Both the position numbers and the translations under genes were made by a program. Source: Rhodothermales bacterium (GTDB lineage: Bacteria; Bacteroidota; Rhodothermia; Rhodothermales; Bin80). From it: a stretch of 64,000 nucleotides of DNA. Below the pieces are notes generated by a model, which saw only the letters and a program-made list of their open reading frames with translations, was not told where the DNA came from and searched no databases. This document shows, piece after piece, positions 16,930 to 27,398 of this stretch. How positions within the stretch are numbered: position 1 is the stretch's first letter; each line of letters opens with the position of its first letter. Location: assembly GCA_964291275.2 (NCBI GenBank), contig OZ219799.1:2585145-2649144 (forward strand). The letters run 5' to 3'.

Positions 16930-19164
16930 ATGTATTCGATGCTAGGTAAAATAGATTGGGAAAATTGGCAGATAAAATTGTGTGTCGTATCTGCCTTAAC
17001 ACAGGTTTTGCTGTTCAGTCCAAATCTTGCAGCGCAGGAATGGGAGATTGCGCCTACATTTGTCGAAGAAGCCCCTCGCATTGATGGCAATTTGGATGAT
17101 GCAATCTGGGCGGAAATTGATCCGCTCACCGAGTTCACGCAGGTATGGCCTGACGAAGGAGCGCCGCCAACAGAGCTGTCTGAGGTGCGGATAGCCTACA
17201 ATCGGGACTATCTATTTTTTGCATTTCGATTTCTTGATGAGGAGGCACATTTAATTCGTGCGAAGAACCTGGAGAGAGGAGGGCGTAATGATCGCGATGA
17301 TCACGCATATATCTCTCTAGACACTTACCTCGATAAACGCAATGCCTATTTGTTCGAGATGAATGCTCTCGGTACACAGGACGATGCAACTATCACTGAT
17401 GAGGGGCTCACGCTTGACAGTTTTTCGTGGAACGCAGTGTTTCGGAGTGAGACGCAGATTGATGAAGATGGTTGGACTATGGAAGTGTCAATCCCCTTTC
17501 GACAATTACGTTTCCCGAAGGGCGAATCGGTTGATTTTGGCCTGATGATTTCACGCATGATTAACCGAAAGAATGAGCGATTGATATGGCCACCTATTGG
17601 TCTTGAATTCGGTGGTCCGTGGAGAGTTATCAGTGCTGTATCTCAGTACGGAATACTGAGAGGCTTGCATAATATTCGTCGAGGCAAGAACATAGAGATC
17701 AAACCCTATGTTATTACGGGCATTCAGCAGATACGCGAGGATTTTGGCGTCAGAGATCTCACCCGGACTTTTGAACGTGATATTGGTGTAGATTTTAAGT
17801 ACGGGATAACGAGCAATGTTACGCTTGATCTTACCGTCAACACAGATTTTGCACAGGTAGAGGCGGATAACGTTCAACTCAACCTGACTCGATTCAGTCT
17901 TTTCTTCCCCGAGAAACGAGAATTTTTTCTTGAACGGAGCGGTCTGTTCGAGCATGGTAATCCTAGATCTACGCAGACCTTCTTTTCCAGGCGCATAGGG
18001 CTCAGCGATCAAATTCTTACAGGAGCCCGTGCTACCGGGCAGTTTGGACGCTTCTCAGTCGGATTACTAGACATCGAAACAGGTGAGGGTATGGGGGATA
18101 CGTTTGGATCAAAATCGACCAATAATCTGGTTGCTCGGGTGCGCACATCTCTTAGCTCACGTGCAACGGTGGGTGCAATCCTGACCAATTATGCTGCACC
18201 GGATCGAATAAATCGTGCATTTGGGATGGATGCGCAGTATCGTTTTTGGAGTGCAAGTGAGTTTGAGGCATGGTATACCAGCGTAACAGATGACGGGCCA
18301 GTAGAAAACGGTGAGGCCGGTCATGCCAGCCTCACACTCTTGAATGATAAATACGGAGTAGAGGCCAGCTTTACTTCCGTGGGAGAAAATTTTCATCCGG
18401 CTTTGGGTTTTGTAAGACGGCGTGATATGCGTCGCTTCGCGGGTGGAGCCCAGTACACACCGATCGTTTCCTTTGATTCATTTCCTTTCATACGTCAGCT
18501 CGCCTTTGAAAGTGAGTATGAGTACATAGAAAGTCAGATGGGCGAACTACAATCACAGGAGTTTGAGGTATCCATTGGGGCGGCTTTCAATCGACGGGAC
18601 GATATTGCCTTGGAGTATAGCCGGGAGTTTGAACGTTTACTCGTTCCATTCAACATCCGCCCAGACGCACGAATTCCTTCGGGGGATTACTCTTTTGGTC
18701 GGTTTGTCTTAGCGGGACAAACCGACTCCAGTCGACGACTGTTTGGAAGTGCCGGTACTTCGGTCGGCGCATTCTTCAACGGTAACCGAACAGATTTGGA
18801 ATTACAGCTTGGATTCCGACAGTCTCGCCACCTGCAGGTGGAAGCCGGGGTTGGCTATTCGCGTATTGACCTTCCTGTGGCAAATGGGCGATTTGACGCA
18901 ACGACAGTTTCGGTGGAGCTGTTAGGTGCAGTTAATCGAAAACTTTTCGCAACCGCACTGGTGCAGTACGACAATTTCACGCGTGACTTGCAGGCAAATA
19001 TTCGTATAGATTGGATCCACACGCCGGGTAGCGATTTGTTTTTTGTTTTCAATACGGCATATCATTTTGCAAATCCAAATGAGGTATTTTTCGATCCACA
19101 CCGGGATTATATCTTGACTAATCGGGCCGCAGTGGCTAAGCTGACCTACCTCATTCTGCTATAA
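16930..19164 (+). CDS. CBM9-like / DUF5916 outer-membrane-associated protein
   Basis: A signal peptide is followed by APRIDGNLDDAIWAEIDPLTEF..IAYNRDYLFFAFRF (CBM9-like). A long beta-rich C-terminal region follows. Confidence 0.55.
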   Translation: MYSMLGKIDWENWQIKLCVVSALTQVLLFSPNLAAQEWEIAPTFVEEAPRIDGNLDDAIWAEIDPLTEFTQVWPDEGAPPTELSEVRIAYNRDYLFFAFRFLDEEAHLIRAKNLERGGRNDRDDHAYISLDTYLDKRNAYLFEMNALGTQDDATITDEGLTLDSFSWNAVFRSETQIDEDGWTMEVSIPFRQLRFPKGESVDFGLMISRMINRKNERLIWPPIGLEFGGPWRVISAVSQYGILRGLHNIRRGKNIEIKPYVITGIQQIREDFGVRDLTRTFERDIGVDFKYGITSNVTLDLTVNTDFAQVEADNVQLNLTRFSLFFPEKREFFLERSGLFEHGNPRSTQTFFSRRIGLSDQILTGARATGQFGRFSVGLLDIETGEGMGDTFGSKSTNNLVARVRTSLSSRATVGAILTNYAAPDRINRAFGMDAQYRFWSASEFEAWYTSVTDDGPVENGEAGHASLTLLNDKYGVEASFTSVGENFHPALGFVRRRDMRRFAGGAQYTPIVSFDSFPFIRQLAFESEYEYIESQMGELQSQEFEVSIGAAFNRRDDIALEYSREFERLLVPFNIRPDARIPSGDYSFGRFVLAGQTDSSRRLFGSAGTSVGAFFNGNRTDLELQLGFRQSRHLQVEAGVGYSRIDLPVANGRFDATTVSVELLGAVNRKLFATALVQYDNFTRDLQANIRIDWIHTPGSDLFFVFNTAYHFANPNEVFFDPHRDYILTNRAAVAKLTYLILL

Positions 19165-19167
19165 TTG

Positions 19168-20727
19168 ATGAACCCAGAACCCAGTATTGAACAGCCCAGA
19201 GGAATTGTAGACCGATGTCTTCGGGGCATTGAAGTGGTTGGCAACAAGTTGCCGGACCCATCCATGCTATTCCTTCTCTTGTTGATTGTGGTGTGGGTCC
19301 TGAGTGCGTTGTTATCAAACGTCTCATTCACCTCGGTGATTGATCCACGCACACAGGAACCGCTTGTAATTAATAATCTGCTGAATGGGAGCGCGATTAC
19401 GGACTTCATGAGCCGCATGGTTTCCATCTTTACCGGATTTGCGCCGCTTGGTGTTGTTCTGGTAGCAATGCTTGGGGTGGGAGTGGCTGATGAAGCAGGG
19501 TACTTCAACACAGGCATAAAGCTGCTCTTATCCAAAACTTCGGTGGGGCTTCTCACGCCTGTGGTAATTCTGGTAGGTCTCCTAAGTCATAGTGCTGTTG
19601 ACGCAGGATACGTATTGGTTATTCCCTTGGGGGGTGTCATTTTTCAAGCGGCTGGTCGCCATCCATTGGCCGGTGTTGCTGCGGCCTTCGCGGGTGTTTC
19701 GGGTGGTTTTAGCGCTAATCCTCTTCCATCCGCTCTTGATCCACTGCTGCAGGGATTTACTCAGCCGGCAGCGCAGATTCTAGATGCGGCGATGCTCGTT
19801 AACCCGCTTTGTAACTACTTCTTTACCGTGGCTTCCAGTGTAGTGATCATTGCTCTGGGCTGGTATATCACTGACTATGTGGTTGAACCACGTCTTCGTA
19901 ACAATACGCCCGTGGACGAGGATGCCGAGCGATCCTCGGGGATGGATTCTATCAGAGAGAGAGAGTCCAAGGCATTCTGGTGGGCGACCGGGGTAATGCT
20001 GTTAGGTATTGTAGTATTAATCCTGACATTCTTGCCCGCTGATTCGGCTTTCAGGGATGCTAATGGGTCATTGAATTCTTTTCAGGCGCCCATAATGCAA
20101 TCTATTGTTCCACTCATATTCTTGCTTTTCCTCATTCCCGGTGTCGTGTATGGTTACATAGCAGGTGTGTTCAAGTCCTCCAAGGATATGGTTGACGCCA
20201 TGACAAAAGCCATGAACGGCATGGCTTACTACATTGTGATGGCGTTCTTTTGTGCATTGTTTGTGCACGCTTTCGGCTCTTCCAACATCGGAGCATTATT
20301 GGCGCTTAAGGGAGCTGCAACACTCCAGGCGTTGGCATTGCCTGGTTCTATTACGATAATAGGAATCATCCTGCTAACTGCGTTTGTAAATCTGTTTGTG
20401 GGGTCTGCATCGGCAAAATGGGCACTCTTAGCTCCTATTTTTGTCCCAATGCTGATGCAAGTCGGGATCTCTCCCGATCTGACACAAGCCGCTTATCGGG
20501 TTGGGGATTCCTCATCAAATATCATAACGCCCCTCATGCCGTACTTCCCGTTGGTAGTGGTCTACTGCCAGAGATACTTTAAGAAGACAGGGATCGGTAC
20601 GCTTACCTCAATCATGATACCATATTCAATTACCTTCATTGTAGTCTGGACAGCATTCCTGCTTCTGTACTGGGTATTGGGGCTTCCGCTGGGGCTTGGT
20701 GCATCGTATACCTACCCACCAGTTTAA
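19168..20727 (+). CDS. AbgT family transporter (p-aminobenzoyl-glutamate type)
   Basis: The N-terminus RGIEVVGNKLPDPSMLFLLL and a polytopic membrane protein of ~520 aa are typical of AbgT. Confidence 0.75.
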   Translation: MNPEPSIEQPRGIVDRCLRGIEVVGNKLPDPSMLFLLLLIVVWVLSALLSNVSFTSVIDPRTQEPLVINNLLNGSAITDFMSRMVSIFTGFAPLGVVLVAMLGVGVADEAGYFNTGIKLLLSKTSVGLLTPVVILVGLLSHSAVDAGYVLVIPLGGVIFQAAGRHPLAGVAAAFAGVSGGFSANPLPSALDPLLQGFTQPAAQILDAAMLVNPLCNYFFTVASSVVIIALGWYITDYVVEPRLRNNTPVDEDAERSSGMDSIRERESKAFWWATGVMLLGIVVLILTFLPADSAFRDANGSLNSFQAPIMQSIVPLIFLLFLIPGVVYGYIAGVFKSSKDMVDAMTKAMNGMAYYIVMAFFCALFVHAFGSSNIGALLALKGAATLQALALPGSITIIGIILLTAFVNLFVGSASAKWALLAPIFVPMLMQVGISPDLTQAAYRVGDSSSNIITPLMPYFPLVVVYCQRYFKKTGIGTLTSIMIPYSITFIVVWTAFLLLYWVLGLPLGLGASYTYPPV

Positions 20728-20817
20728 TGTCACTGGGATCAAGCTTAGGGCGAATTATTACTGGGATGCTGCGGGGGTTTATACGTTCGTTGCTTCGGAG
20801 TCTTTTCAGGTGGTAAC

Positions 20818-21480
20818 TCATCCCGAATAGGTTGAATCGCTAGGCTCAATAAGTAGGAAGCGTACTGGCAGACGCATCCGAACGCGGGCGGTTTCTCCTT
20901 GATGTCGGCCGGGAATGAAGCGGGTCCTGCGTAATGCCTGAACGGCTGCGGAATCAAGGAGGGCATGCAACGAACGTTCGATCAGAATATCGCTGGTTGT
21001 CCCGTCTTGGTTGACTGTAAAGATTAGCGACAAGCTTCCTTCAAGCCCTTGGTTTATGGCCTCCTCCGGATATTCAATCAAAATGTAATATGCTCCCAGT
21101 CCGCCGGGGATTTCGGGCATTATTTCTGCGTACTCCAGTACGGGAACGGTTTGGATTTCTATCTTCCATGTATCTGTGCTTTCAGGGTTGGTATCCTTTC
21201 GAACGATGGGTACCTCCACGGATAATGCTTCGAGAGGAGGATCAATAGTAAGGGATCCGGCATGAGTTGTACCTGTATCCGTTATAGGAGGGAGCAAGTA
21301 TGCGAGACCCTGAACCCCGGTGATCGTGCCACGTTGTCCGAGTTGTGGTTCCCACGGTTTGGGATTCTGGTTGGACGTGATCGGGAGATTGAAGCAAATT
21401 GTGACCAGCAACAGGCTCGCTGCGAGGGCAATCATGAACCGGAGACGATAGAGTATATTCTTGTCAGGTCTTGAATGCAT
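20818..21480 (-). CDS. Energy transducer TonB family protein
   Basis: An N-terminal TM segment and a C-terminal TonB_C domain (MPEIPGGLGAYYILIEYPEEAINQGLEGSLSLIFTVNQDG..RFIPGRHQGE). Confidence 0.75.
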   Translation of the reverse strand: MHSRPDKNILYRLRFMIALAASLLLVTICFNLPITSNQNPKPWEPQLGQRGTITGVQGLAYLLPPITDTGTTHAGSLTIDPPLEALSVEVPIVRKDTNPESTDTWKIEIQTVPVLEYAEIMPEIPGGLGAYYILIEYPEEAINQGLEGSLSLIFTVNQDGTTSDILIERSLHALLDSAAVQALRRTRFIPGRHQGETARVRMRLPVRFLLIEPSDSTYSG

Positions 21481-21541
21481 TGCGGTCGCACGCTTCTTCC
21501 CACTTAGATACTACTCAGGATTGTTAATAAGTTGCAATTGA

Positions 21542-22525
21542 ATGGAACAGACTCATAAATCACTGATTTTGACCGGGCCTGGGCAATGTTCAATCGTGCA
21601 CAGATCCAGTCCAGTCGGTAGTGGGCAGGTGCTTATTGCGGTGGAATACTCAAGTATTAATTATAAGGATGCTCTGGCTGTCACCGGAAAGGCTAAGATT
21701 GTGAGGGCACCATTCCCGTTCATACCAGGTATTGATTTGGCAGGCACAGTTCTAGAATCCGATTTGAAGGATTATAAACCAGGAGAACGGGTAGTATTGA
21801 CCGGTGGAGGATTAGGTGAGCGTTTCAGTGGCGGATACACGCAACTGCAAGCAGTTCAGTCAAAGTACCTGCTGAAAATACCAGAGGGTATGAGTACGCG
21901 TACGTGCATGATATTAGGCACTGCCGGTCTCACAGCTATGCTGAGTGCAATGGCATTGGAGGACCGTGGAGTTATTGATGGTGAGATATTGGTTACGGGT
22001 GCGTCTGGTGGGGTTGGGATGATTGCAGTCAAACTGCTTGCGAACCTGGGATATACAGTTATTGCGTCGTGTGGTAGTACGCACCTGTGGCATAAGCTCC
22101 AAGGGCTTGGGGCAGCGCGTACAATTAATCGGATCGACACAGATGCCAGTCGACCGTTAATGCACGCCCAGTACGATGGAGTTGTGGATGCTGCTGGTGG
22201 AACGGCATTGTCGGCAGCTCTGCCTCAGGTTCGAGTTCATGGATGTGTTGCTGTTTCAGGTAACGCGGCAGGTAGTAAGTTGAACACTACAGTGTATCCG
22301 TTCATTCTTCGTGGGATCACACTTGCGGGCATTGATTCAAATACGGCATTGGTCCGGGATAGAATGGTTGCCTGGGAACGGTTGCAAATTCTTATACCAG
22401 AGCAGGAAGCTGACCAGCTACTTATGGCAACGGTCCCGTTAGAAGATGTAGCGAGTGTGTGTAGGGCAAAAGTTACTGGCAAAGCACCAGGAAGATTTTT
22501 AGTCAGCACAGCCCGTGAGACGTAG
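21542..22525 (+). CDS. YhdH/YhfP-family quinone oxidoreductase (MDR superfamily)
   Basis: Motifs seen: VEYSSINYKDALAVTGKAKIVRAPFPFIPGIDLAG, TGASGGVGMIAV. Confidence 0.8.
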   Translation: MEQTHKSLILTGPGQCSIVHRSSPVGSGQVLIAVEYSSINYKDALAVTGKAKIVRAPFPFIPGIDLAGTVLESDLKDYKPGERVVLTGGGLGERFSGGYTQLQAVQSKYLLKIPEGMSTRTCMILGTAGLTAMLSAMALEDRGVIDGEILVTGASGGVGMIAVKLLANLGYTVIASCGSTHLWHKLQGLGAARTINRIDTDASRPLMHAQYDGVVDAAGGTALSAALPQVRVHGCVAVSGNAAGSKLNTTVYPFILRGITLAGIDSNTALVRDRMVAWERLQILIPEQEADQLLMATVPLEDVASVCRAKVTGKAPGRFLVSTARET

Positions 22526-22741
22526 CTGATGGCTTCTTACCCATCAGGTTAGGCTCCTACCTTGGGGCAAGTCGGAGCGCTATCGGGATAAGATTCCAGT
22601 ATGTTTTGATCTCAATGTCGTTAAGGATCAGTACCAGCTACAGATGTGAGGATTCGTTCCTGCACCGCATCGACGATCCGAATCCCAATCTCGTAAAAAA
22701 ACTCTGACCAACAAAGTTTTAAGTTGTGCACGTCTTAGAAA

Positions 22742-23734
22742 TCATGAGTAAAATTGTTTGCAGTAACGCCTGTACCTCCCAATTTCGCCGTCTGACTTGC
22801 ACAGCCTTGGCTGCGAAACATACCGCTTATTCTTCCAGATATGGACATCATCCATTACGTCCTTCCTCTGCATAAGCAAAATGAATCTGTTCATGAGGGA
22901 GGTTCGAAGATTCAGAGGCAAAAAGCGCAAACCAACAATCATCCGTTTCGGTTTACGGATCTGCTTTATCTGACTGGCTAGTACCATGTCAATCTCTTTC
23001 CCATCAACGGGTGTCGCAAGGACATAAAAATTTATATGCATGTCAATTGACTTTTCATGGATCATCACGTTTGAGAACCCAAATCCATAGATATTTGCCT
23101 TTGCACTAACATCAAACTTGATCTTTATCCCGGCTACATCCTGAATACGTACAAAATTGAAACTGCTCCTGAGGTACGTACCATCTATTACAAGCGGTTC
23201 AATCCGATATACATTATCATAACCATGCACATATCGCAAATGAGCCAGATCTACCGAATTTTCGGTAGTTTCCTGAGGGTGCCCCGGAAAACGAATCGTT
23301 TGAAAAGCTAGCTCACTCCACTTGCCCTCAACCTCTGGATCCTCTGGAAGGCTCCATTTGGGAGGGCGTCCATCAATCCCCCACCAAGCAAAGATGATCC
23401 CATTTATATCTCTTGTTTCAAACAGCTTAAGCCGTGCAGTCTTGGGCGGAGGAGCAAAAGGCGTGGACACACATTTACCGCTGACATCAAACTGAAACCC
23501 ATGAAAAGGGCATACAAGACAACCGTCGCGAACTACGCCTCCAAGCTCAGGACCGAGATCAGCTCCCAGATGCGGACAAAATGCATCCGCTACGCAGATA
23601 CGTTCTTTGTCATCACACCAGGCGACGATTTTTTCGCCCATCCAAGTCTTTTCAATTAGCTTTTTTTTCAGTATTTCCTTGCGACTGGCCACGAAATACC
23701 AACCTTCTGGAAATGATGAAATTTGATCAGGCAT
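22742..23734 (-). CDS. Rieske [2Fe-2S] domain oxygenase (KshA / cholesterol-7-desaturase-like)
   Basis: Rieske motifs CPHLGADLG and CPFHGFQF are present. The likely start is MPDQISSFPEGWYF at 23734; the ORF-track start 23800 adds 22 aa. Confidence 0.8.
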   Translation of the reverse strand: MPDQISSFPEGWYFVASRKEILKKKLIEKTWMGEKIVAWCDDKERICVADAFCPHLGADLGPELGGVVRDGCLVCPFHGFQFDVSGKCVSTPFAPPPKTARLKLFETRDINGIIFAWWGIDGRPPKWSLPEDPEVEGKWSELAFQTIRFPGHPQETTENSVDLAHLRYVHGYDNVYRIEPLVIDGTYLRSSFNFVRIQDVAGIKIKFDVSAKANIYGFGFSNVMIHEKSIDMHINFYVLATPVDGKEIDMVLASQIKQIRKPKRMIVGLRFLPLNLRTSLMNRFILLMQRKDVMDDVHIWKNKRYVSQPRLCKSDGEIGRYRRYCKQFYS

Positions 23735-24186
23735 TGTCCTGTAGCTACTTATGTAAGGTTGTTTTAATAAATCTGCACACCGATACGCTAACAGTAGCAA
23801 ACGGAATTATAAAGCTGTGTACAAGAATAATGATTTCATAGTGATTTTGCACGAGGGGTGCGGTGAAGTTCAAAGTGCTATATCACCCTCCCTTGACCAA
23901 CTATGAGTTATCCGTCCCCATAGTCTTCAGCGCTATTGTGCTGGTTGAGACGTTAGGGCTCCTTTTATAGATCAATCGTCAGGCGATTGCTATTGACGCT
24001 GGTCAAGAGGGTCAGGCAGACAAACATGTTCGCACACAACTCGGTCACACACGTACATCGCTGATTTCCTCTCCTGCAGAACATTTAGGTAAATAGGTCC
24101 CAATACTAAACATTGCGATTTATTCCCCGCACAAATATAGCCGAACCCAATGTATTACGGTTTCATTCTTAGCGATAGAGTCAGTC

Positions 24187-25329
24187 CTATTTGTGCGTCC
24201 AATCAGGAGGGCGGTACTCCTTTGGCACCTTATCGGCAACGCGCTCGAAGGCATAATAACCGTAGACTATCACACCGTAGGGGTCAATCACTTCACCTGA
24301 TTCGTCGATAGCTGTGGGACCGGAGTTCAGCTCCATAAAAGAGCGTTGGGGTCCGGGACGTGTCCAGTCGGGTTGGCGCTGCCATTGCTTAAAGTTGTCA
24401 TCCTCTGATTCCTCGGTGTACACGATCTCCAGAACACCGGTGAAAGTGAGTATTTTTTCGAGTGGACTGGGGCCAGATTCGAGTAGTTGGTTGGAATCCA
24501 TGACAAATCTTGAGCGGTCAGGTTCGAGTGAGAATCTCCGATAGATTTCGAACCCTTCTTCTTCCACTCGACCGGCCAAGACTGAGAGTAAAAAATGTCG
24601 CTGTGATCCAGCAAAAGCTGCCTGCCTGTTGACTCTCCAACGTTCAGCCTCGAGACTATCGGCTGGAGTAAGCTCCGTAAAGGAGGGTTCGCCGTCGTAC
24701 TTGATCGTATTGCCGTAGTGAAAAAATTCTTTCAAGTAGTACTGGATTTGGTAACCCAGGGCACGATTCTCGATGACCAGAGGCTCGCTGGCCGTGGCAG
24801 ATAGTTTGCCGAGTCGACTTGTAAAGCTGAGAACCTCAGGGTTCAAGATGGCGGTTAAATCACTGTTTTCGGTTTCCCCCAGAAATAGGCGTGTGAACTT
24901 AATCAGACGTCTCTGCCATCTGCGAGCAAGTCGTGCATTAACAACAATCTCCTCTAGTTCGATAGCAATAGACTCGAGGTGAAGATCAAATTCATATTGT
25001 TTTCCAGCCCGGAGGAGTGTGTCGATGTGGGCTGGCTCATATCCGAGCATTGTAACAACTAGGCGGTGTGCCCCCGGGGGTACACCCTCAAGAACAAATT
25101 TTCCATCTCGATCAGTGGTCGTCCCGATCATTGAGGACGCAATGAATACGTGTGCCCTGGGCAGCCCCCATTTGGATTCTGCGTCGGCAACAGTACCCGT
25201 GAGTACAGCGTCCTGGGCGGATACCACGTAGACGAACGCAGAATTGCTCAGAAGTAGCAATGCTAAGTAAGTAAAGCCCCTAGAAATTCTCGCCCTGAAT
25301 CCATGGACGATACTCCTTTGGAAGTTCAT
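24187..25329 (-). CDS. CarboxypepD_reg-like domain protein (paralog 1)
   Basis: A signal peptide is followed by LTGTVADAES..PRAHVFIASSMIGTTTDRDGKFVLEGVPPG. The protein is homologous along its length to the upstream gene. The start is uncertain: the ATG at 25329 overlaps the upstream gene by 50 nt. Confidence 0.65.
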   Translation of the reverse strand: MNFQRSIVHGFRARISRGFTYLALLLLSNSAFVYVVSAQDAVLTGTVADAESKWGLPRAHVFIASSMIGTTTDRDGKFVLEGVPPGAHRLVVTMLGYEPAHIDTLLRAGKQYEFDLHLESIAIELEEIVVNARLARRWQRRLIKFTRLFLGETENSDLTAILNPEVLSFTSRLGKLSATASEPLVIENRALGYQIQYYLKEFFHYGNTIKYDGEPSFTELTPADSLEAERWRVNRQAAFAGSQRHFLLSVLAGRVEEEGFEIYRRFSLEPDRSRFVMDSNQLLESGPSPLEKILTFTGVLEIVYTEESEDDNFKQWQRQPDWTRPGPQRSFMELNSGPTAIDESGEVIDPYGVIVYGYYAFERVADKVPKEYRPPDWTHK

Positions 25330-26398
25330 CTCCTGTACGCTCATAGGCAAAATATCCACCGTAGAAGGTGACGCCATAAGGGTCTTCGGTGTCTCCCTTC
25401 AGGTCCACTACGGTTGGTCCGCGATCAAGCCGGATGGTCGAAGTCTGATAGCGTGCCCGCCCTGCACGTCGTTGCAGCTTTAGATAGGCTTTATCTTCTA
25501 ATTCATGTGTGTAAACCACATCGATATAGCCTTCAAAATCCAATATTCGCTCGTCATCACGCTCCCCGGCTCGAATAATATCTGAGGCCTTGATTGGAAA
25601 ACGATTCTCCTGGTTACCGGACACTCCACCACGCAGATCCAATACACGCTGATTAGAGCCTGGGCGGGAATAAATCCTAAATCCCTGTTCCTCTACCTGG
25701 TCATTAATAACCGAGAGCAGGAAATGCCTGAAGGATCCATAGAATGCTGAATCGCGTTTGGCACTCCAGCGGGCTGCTTCTTCCGGGCTGGAAGGTTCCA
25801 GTGGTTCAAAAAGTGGTTCACCGTCCCATCGCCAACTATTTGGCTCTGCAATGAACTCATTCAGAAAATAGGTTAGCTTATACCCAAGGGTTTTGTTCTC
25901 TATGATTAAAGGTTCACTTGCCTGGGCCCTGAATTCTCCACCACGCCCCGAAAAATCCAGTACATTGGGATTCGTGATTGTGGTTTCCAGAGCATTTGGA
26001 CTCTCACCGATAAATATGTTTGTGAATCGTTCTAGTTGTCGTTGCCACCTCCGATTATTACTTGAGACGGTTAATTCCCCCAGCTCGTAAATTTTTTCCC
26101 GGAGCTGAAAATCCTGCGTGTATGTGCGTGCTTCGCGGACAAAGAGATCAACATGGTCGGGTTCGTATCCTATGCGGGATACTACGAGGCGCAGCGTTCC
26201 CAGGGGGATACCGGGTAACCTATAGAGACCATTATCGTCAGTAGTTGTCCCTGCCATTGATGACGCAATGAACACGTTTGCTTGTGCAATCGGCGCCCCC
26301 GTAGTATCGGTTATGGTACCGGTAATTGTTGCTGCAATTTGAGCTTCTGCCAGTTGAGCAGCGGCAATCAACAACACAAAGATCAACAAACGTTTCAT
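25280..26398 (-). CDS. CarboxypepD_reg-like domain protein (paralog 2)
   Basis: MKRLLIFVLLIAAAQLAEAQ is followed by ITGTITDTTGAPIAQANVFIASSMAGTTTDDNGLYRLPGIPLG. The likely start is at 26398. Confidence 0.7.
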   Translation of the reverse strand: MKRLLIFVLLIAAAQLAEAQIAATITGTITDTTGAPIAQANVFIASSMAGTTTDDNGLYRLPGIPLGTLRLVVSRIGYEPDHVDLFVREARTYTQDFQLREKIYELGELTVSSNNRRWQRQLERFTNIFIGESPNALETTITNPNVLDFSGRGGEFRAQASEPLIIENKTLGYKLTYFLNEFIAEPNSWRWDGEPLFEPLEPSSPEEAARWSAKRDSAFYGSFRHFLLSVINDQVEEQGFRIYSRPGSNQRVLDLRGGVSGNQENRFPIKASDIIRAGERDDERILDFEGYIDVVYTHELEDKAYLKLQRRAGRARYQTSTIRLDRGPTVVDLKGDTEDPYGVTFYGGYFAYERTGDELPKEYRPWIQGENF

Positions 26399-26429
26399 GC
26401 CAACCAATCTAGTTAGAATATAGACGGCA

Positions 26430-27389
26430 TTATGCCTTGTAGAATTCCACTCCACGCCCAGCCATGTCTGCTATGCGTCCGACGAGATCATTCCTGTCAG
26501 ATTCTGACATACCAGTGAATGCACGAGCCAAAGCAATTTTCTCACGGAGTTGTTCAACATTATCTGGACCGGTAACGATAACGCTGACCGGAAGGGACCA
26601 TACGAAGTGTAGGGCTTCCTGAATGGACAAATGGTTTGGCACAACACGTGGTCTATTACCATGTTGTCCATGAGAAGAACCACCGAAAAACCCCCCATTT
26701 GCAAGTGTTTTCATGGCAATCATGCCCATATTCCGCTCTACGACTTTCGGGACTACCGTTCGTACGAAGCTCTTGTAGCTTACGTCTGCTACATTGACGG
26801 GGCACTGAACAGCATGGAATATATCAGTTTGTTCTAGGAGGTGGCGATGAGCCGCAGGGTCAGTGTGACCTGTAAAACCAATGTGACGGGTTTTGCCCTC
26901 AGTAAGAGCTTGTTCCATTACATCAAGTACGCCGGCTTCAATTCGCCGATCAACATCTTGTGGACTGGTAATGGCATGCATCTGCCATAGATCCATTTGC
27001 TCGGTATTGAACCTTCGCAGTGTACCCTCAAGGTGCTCCCGGGCACCTTGAGCCGTAGTTGCAGTTGTTTTAGACATCAGATAAATTTGATCCCGCCATT
27101 GTGGGACCAGGAATCTACCCAAGTAACGTTCGCTTCTACCACTCTGGTATGACTCAGCTGAGTCATAGAAGCGAACACCGCCTTCCATTGCGGCTTCTAT
27201 GGTAGCTTGTGCATCCCGTTCGTTCATCCGCCCAATATGCCAACCTCCGAGGCCAAGCATAGAGACTTCTTCATTTGTACGACCGAAGGGGCGGCGCGGC
27301 AGTTCATTGCTGCCGCTTGGTATTTGTCGCTGGACCAGTGCAGCTGATCCGACAGTCAATACCCATTGTACAAAGTCTCGTCGATTCAT
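26430..27389 (-). CDS. Aldo/keto reductase with twin-arginine signal
   Basis: A Tat-like N-terminus (MNRRDFVQWVL), plus the aldo/keto reductase (AKR) motifs LGLGGWHIG, FYDSAESYQSG and HIGFTGH. Confidence 0.8.
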   Translation of the reverse strand: MNRRDFVQWVLTVGSAALVQRQIPSGSNELPRRPFGRTNEEVSMLGLGGWHIGRMNERDAQATIEAAMEGGVRFYDSAESYQSGRSERYLGRFLVPQWRDQIYLMSKTTATTAQGAREHLEGTLRRFNTEQMDLWQMHAITSPQDVDRRIEAGVLDVMEQALTEGKTRHIGFTGHTDPAAHRHLLEQTDIFHAVQCPVNVADVSYKSFVRTVVPKVVERNMGMIAMKTLANGGFFGGSSHGQHGNRPRVVPNHLSIQEALHFVWSLPVSVIVTGPDNVEQLREKIALARAFTGMSESDRNDLVGRIADMAGRGVEFYKA

Positions 27390-27398
27390 AGTATTAGA

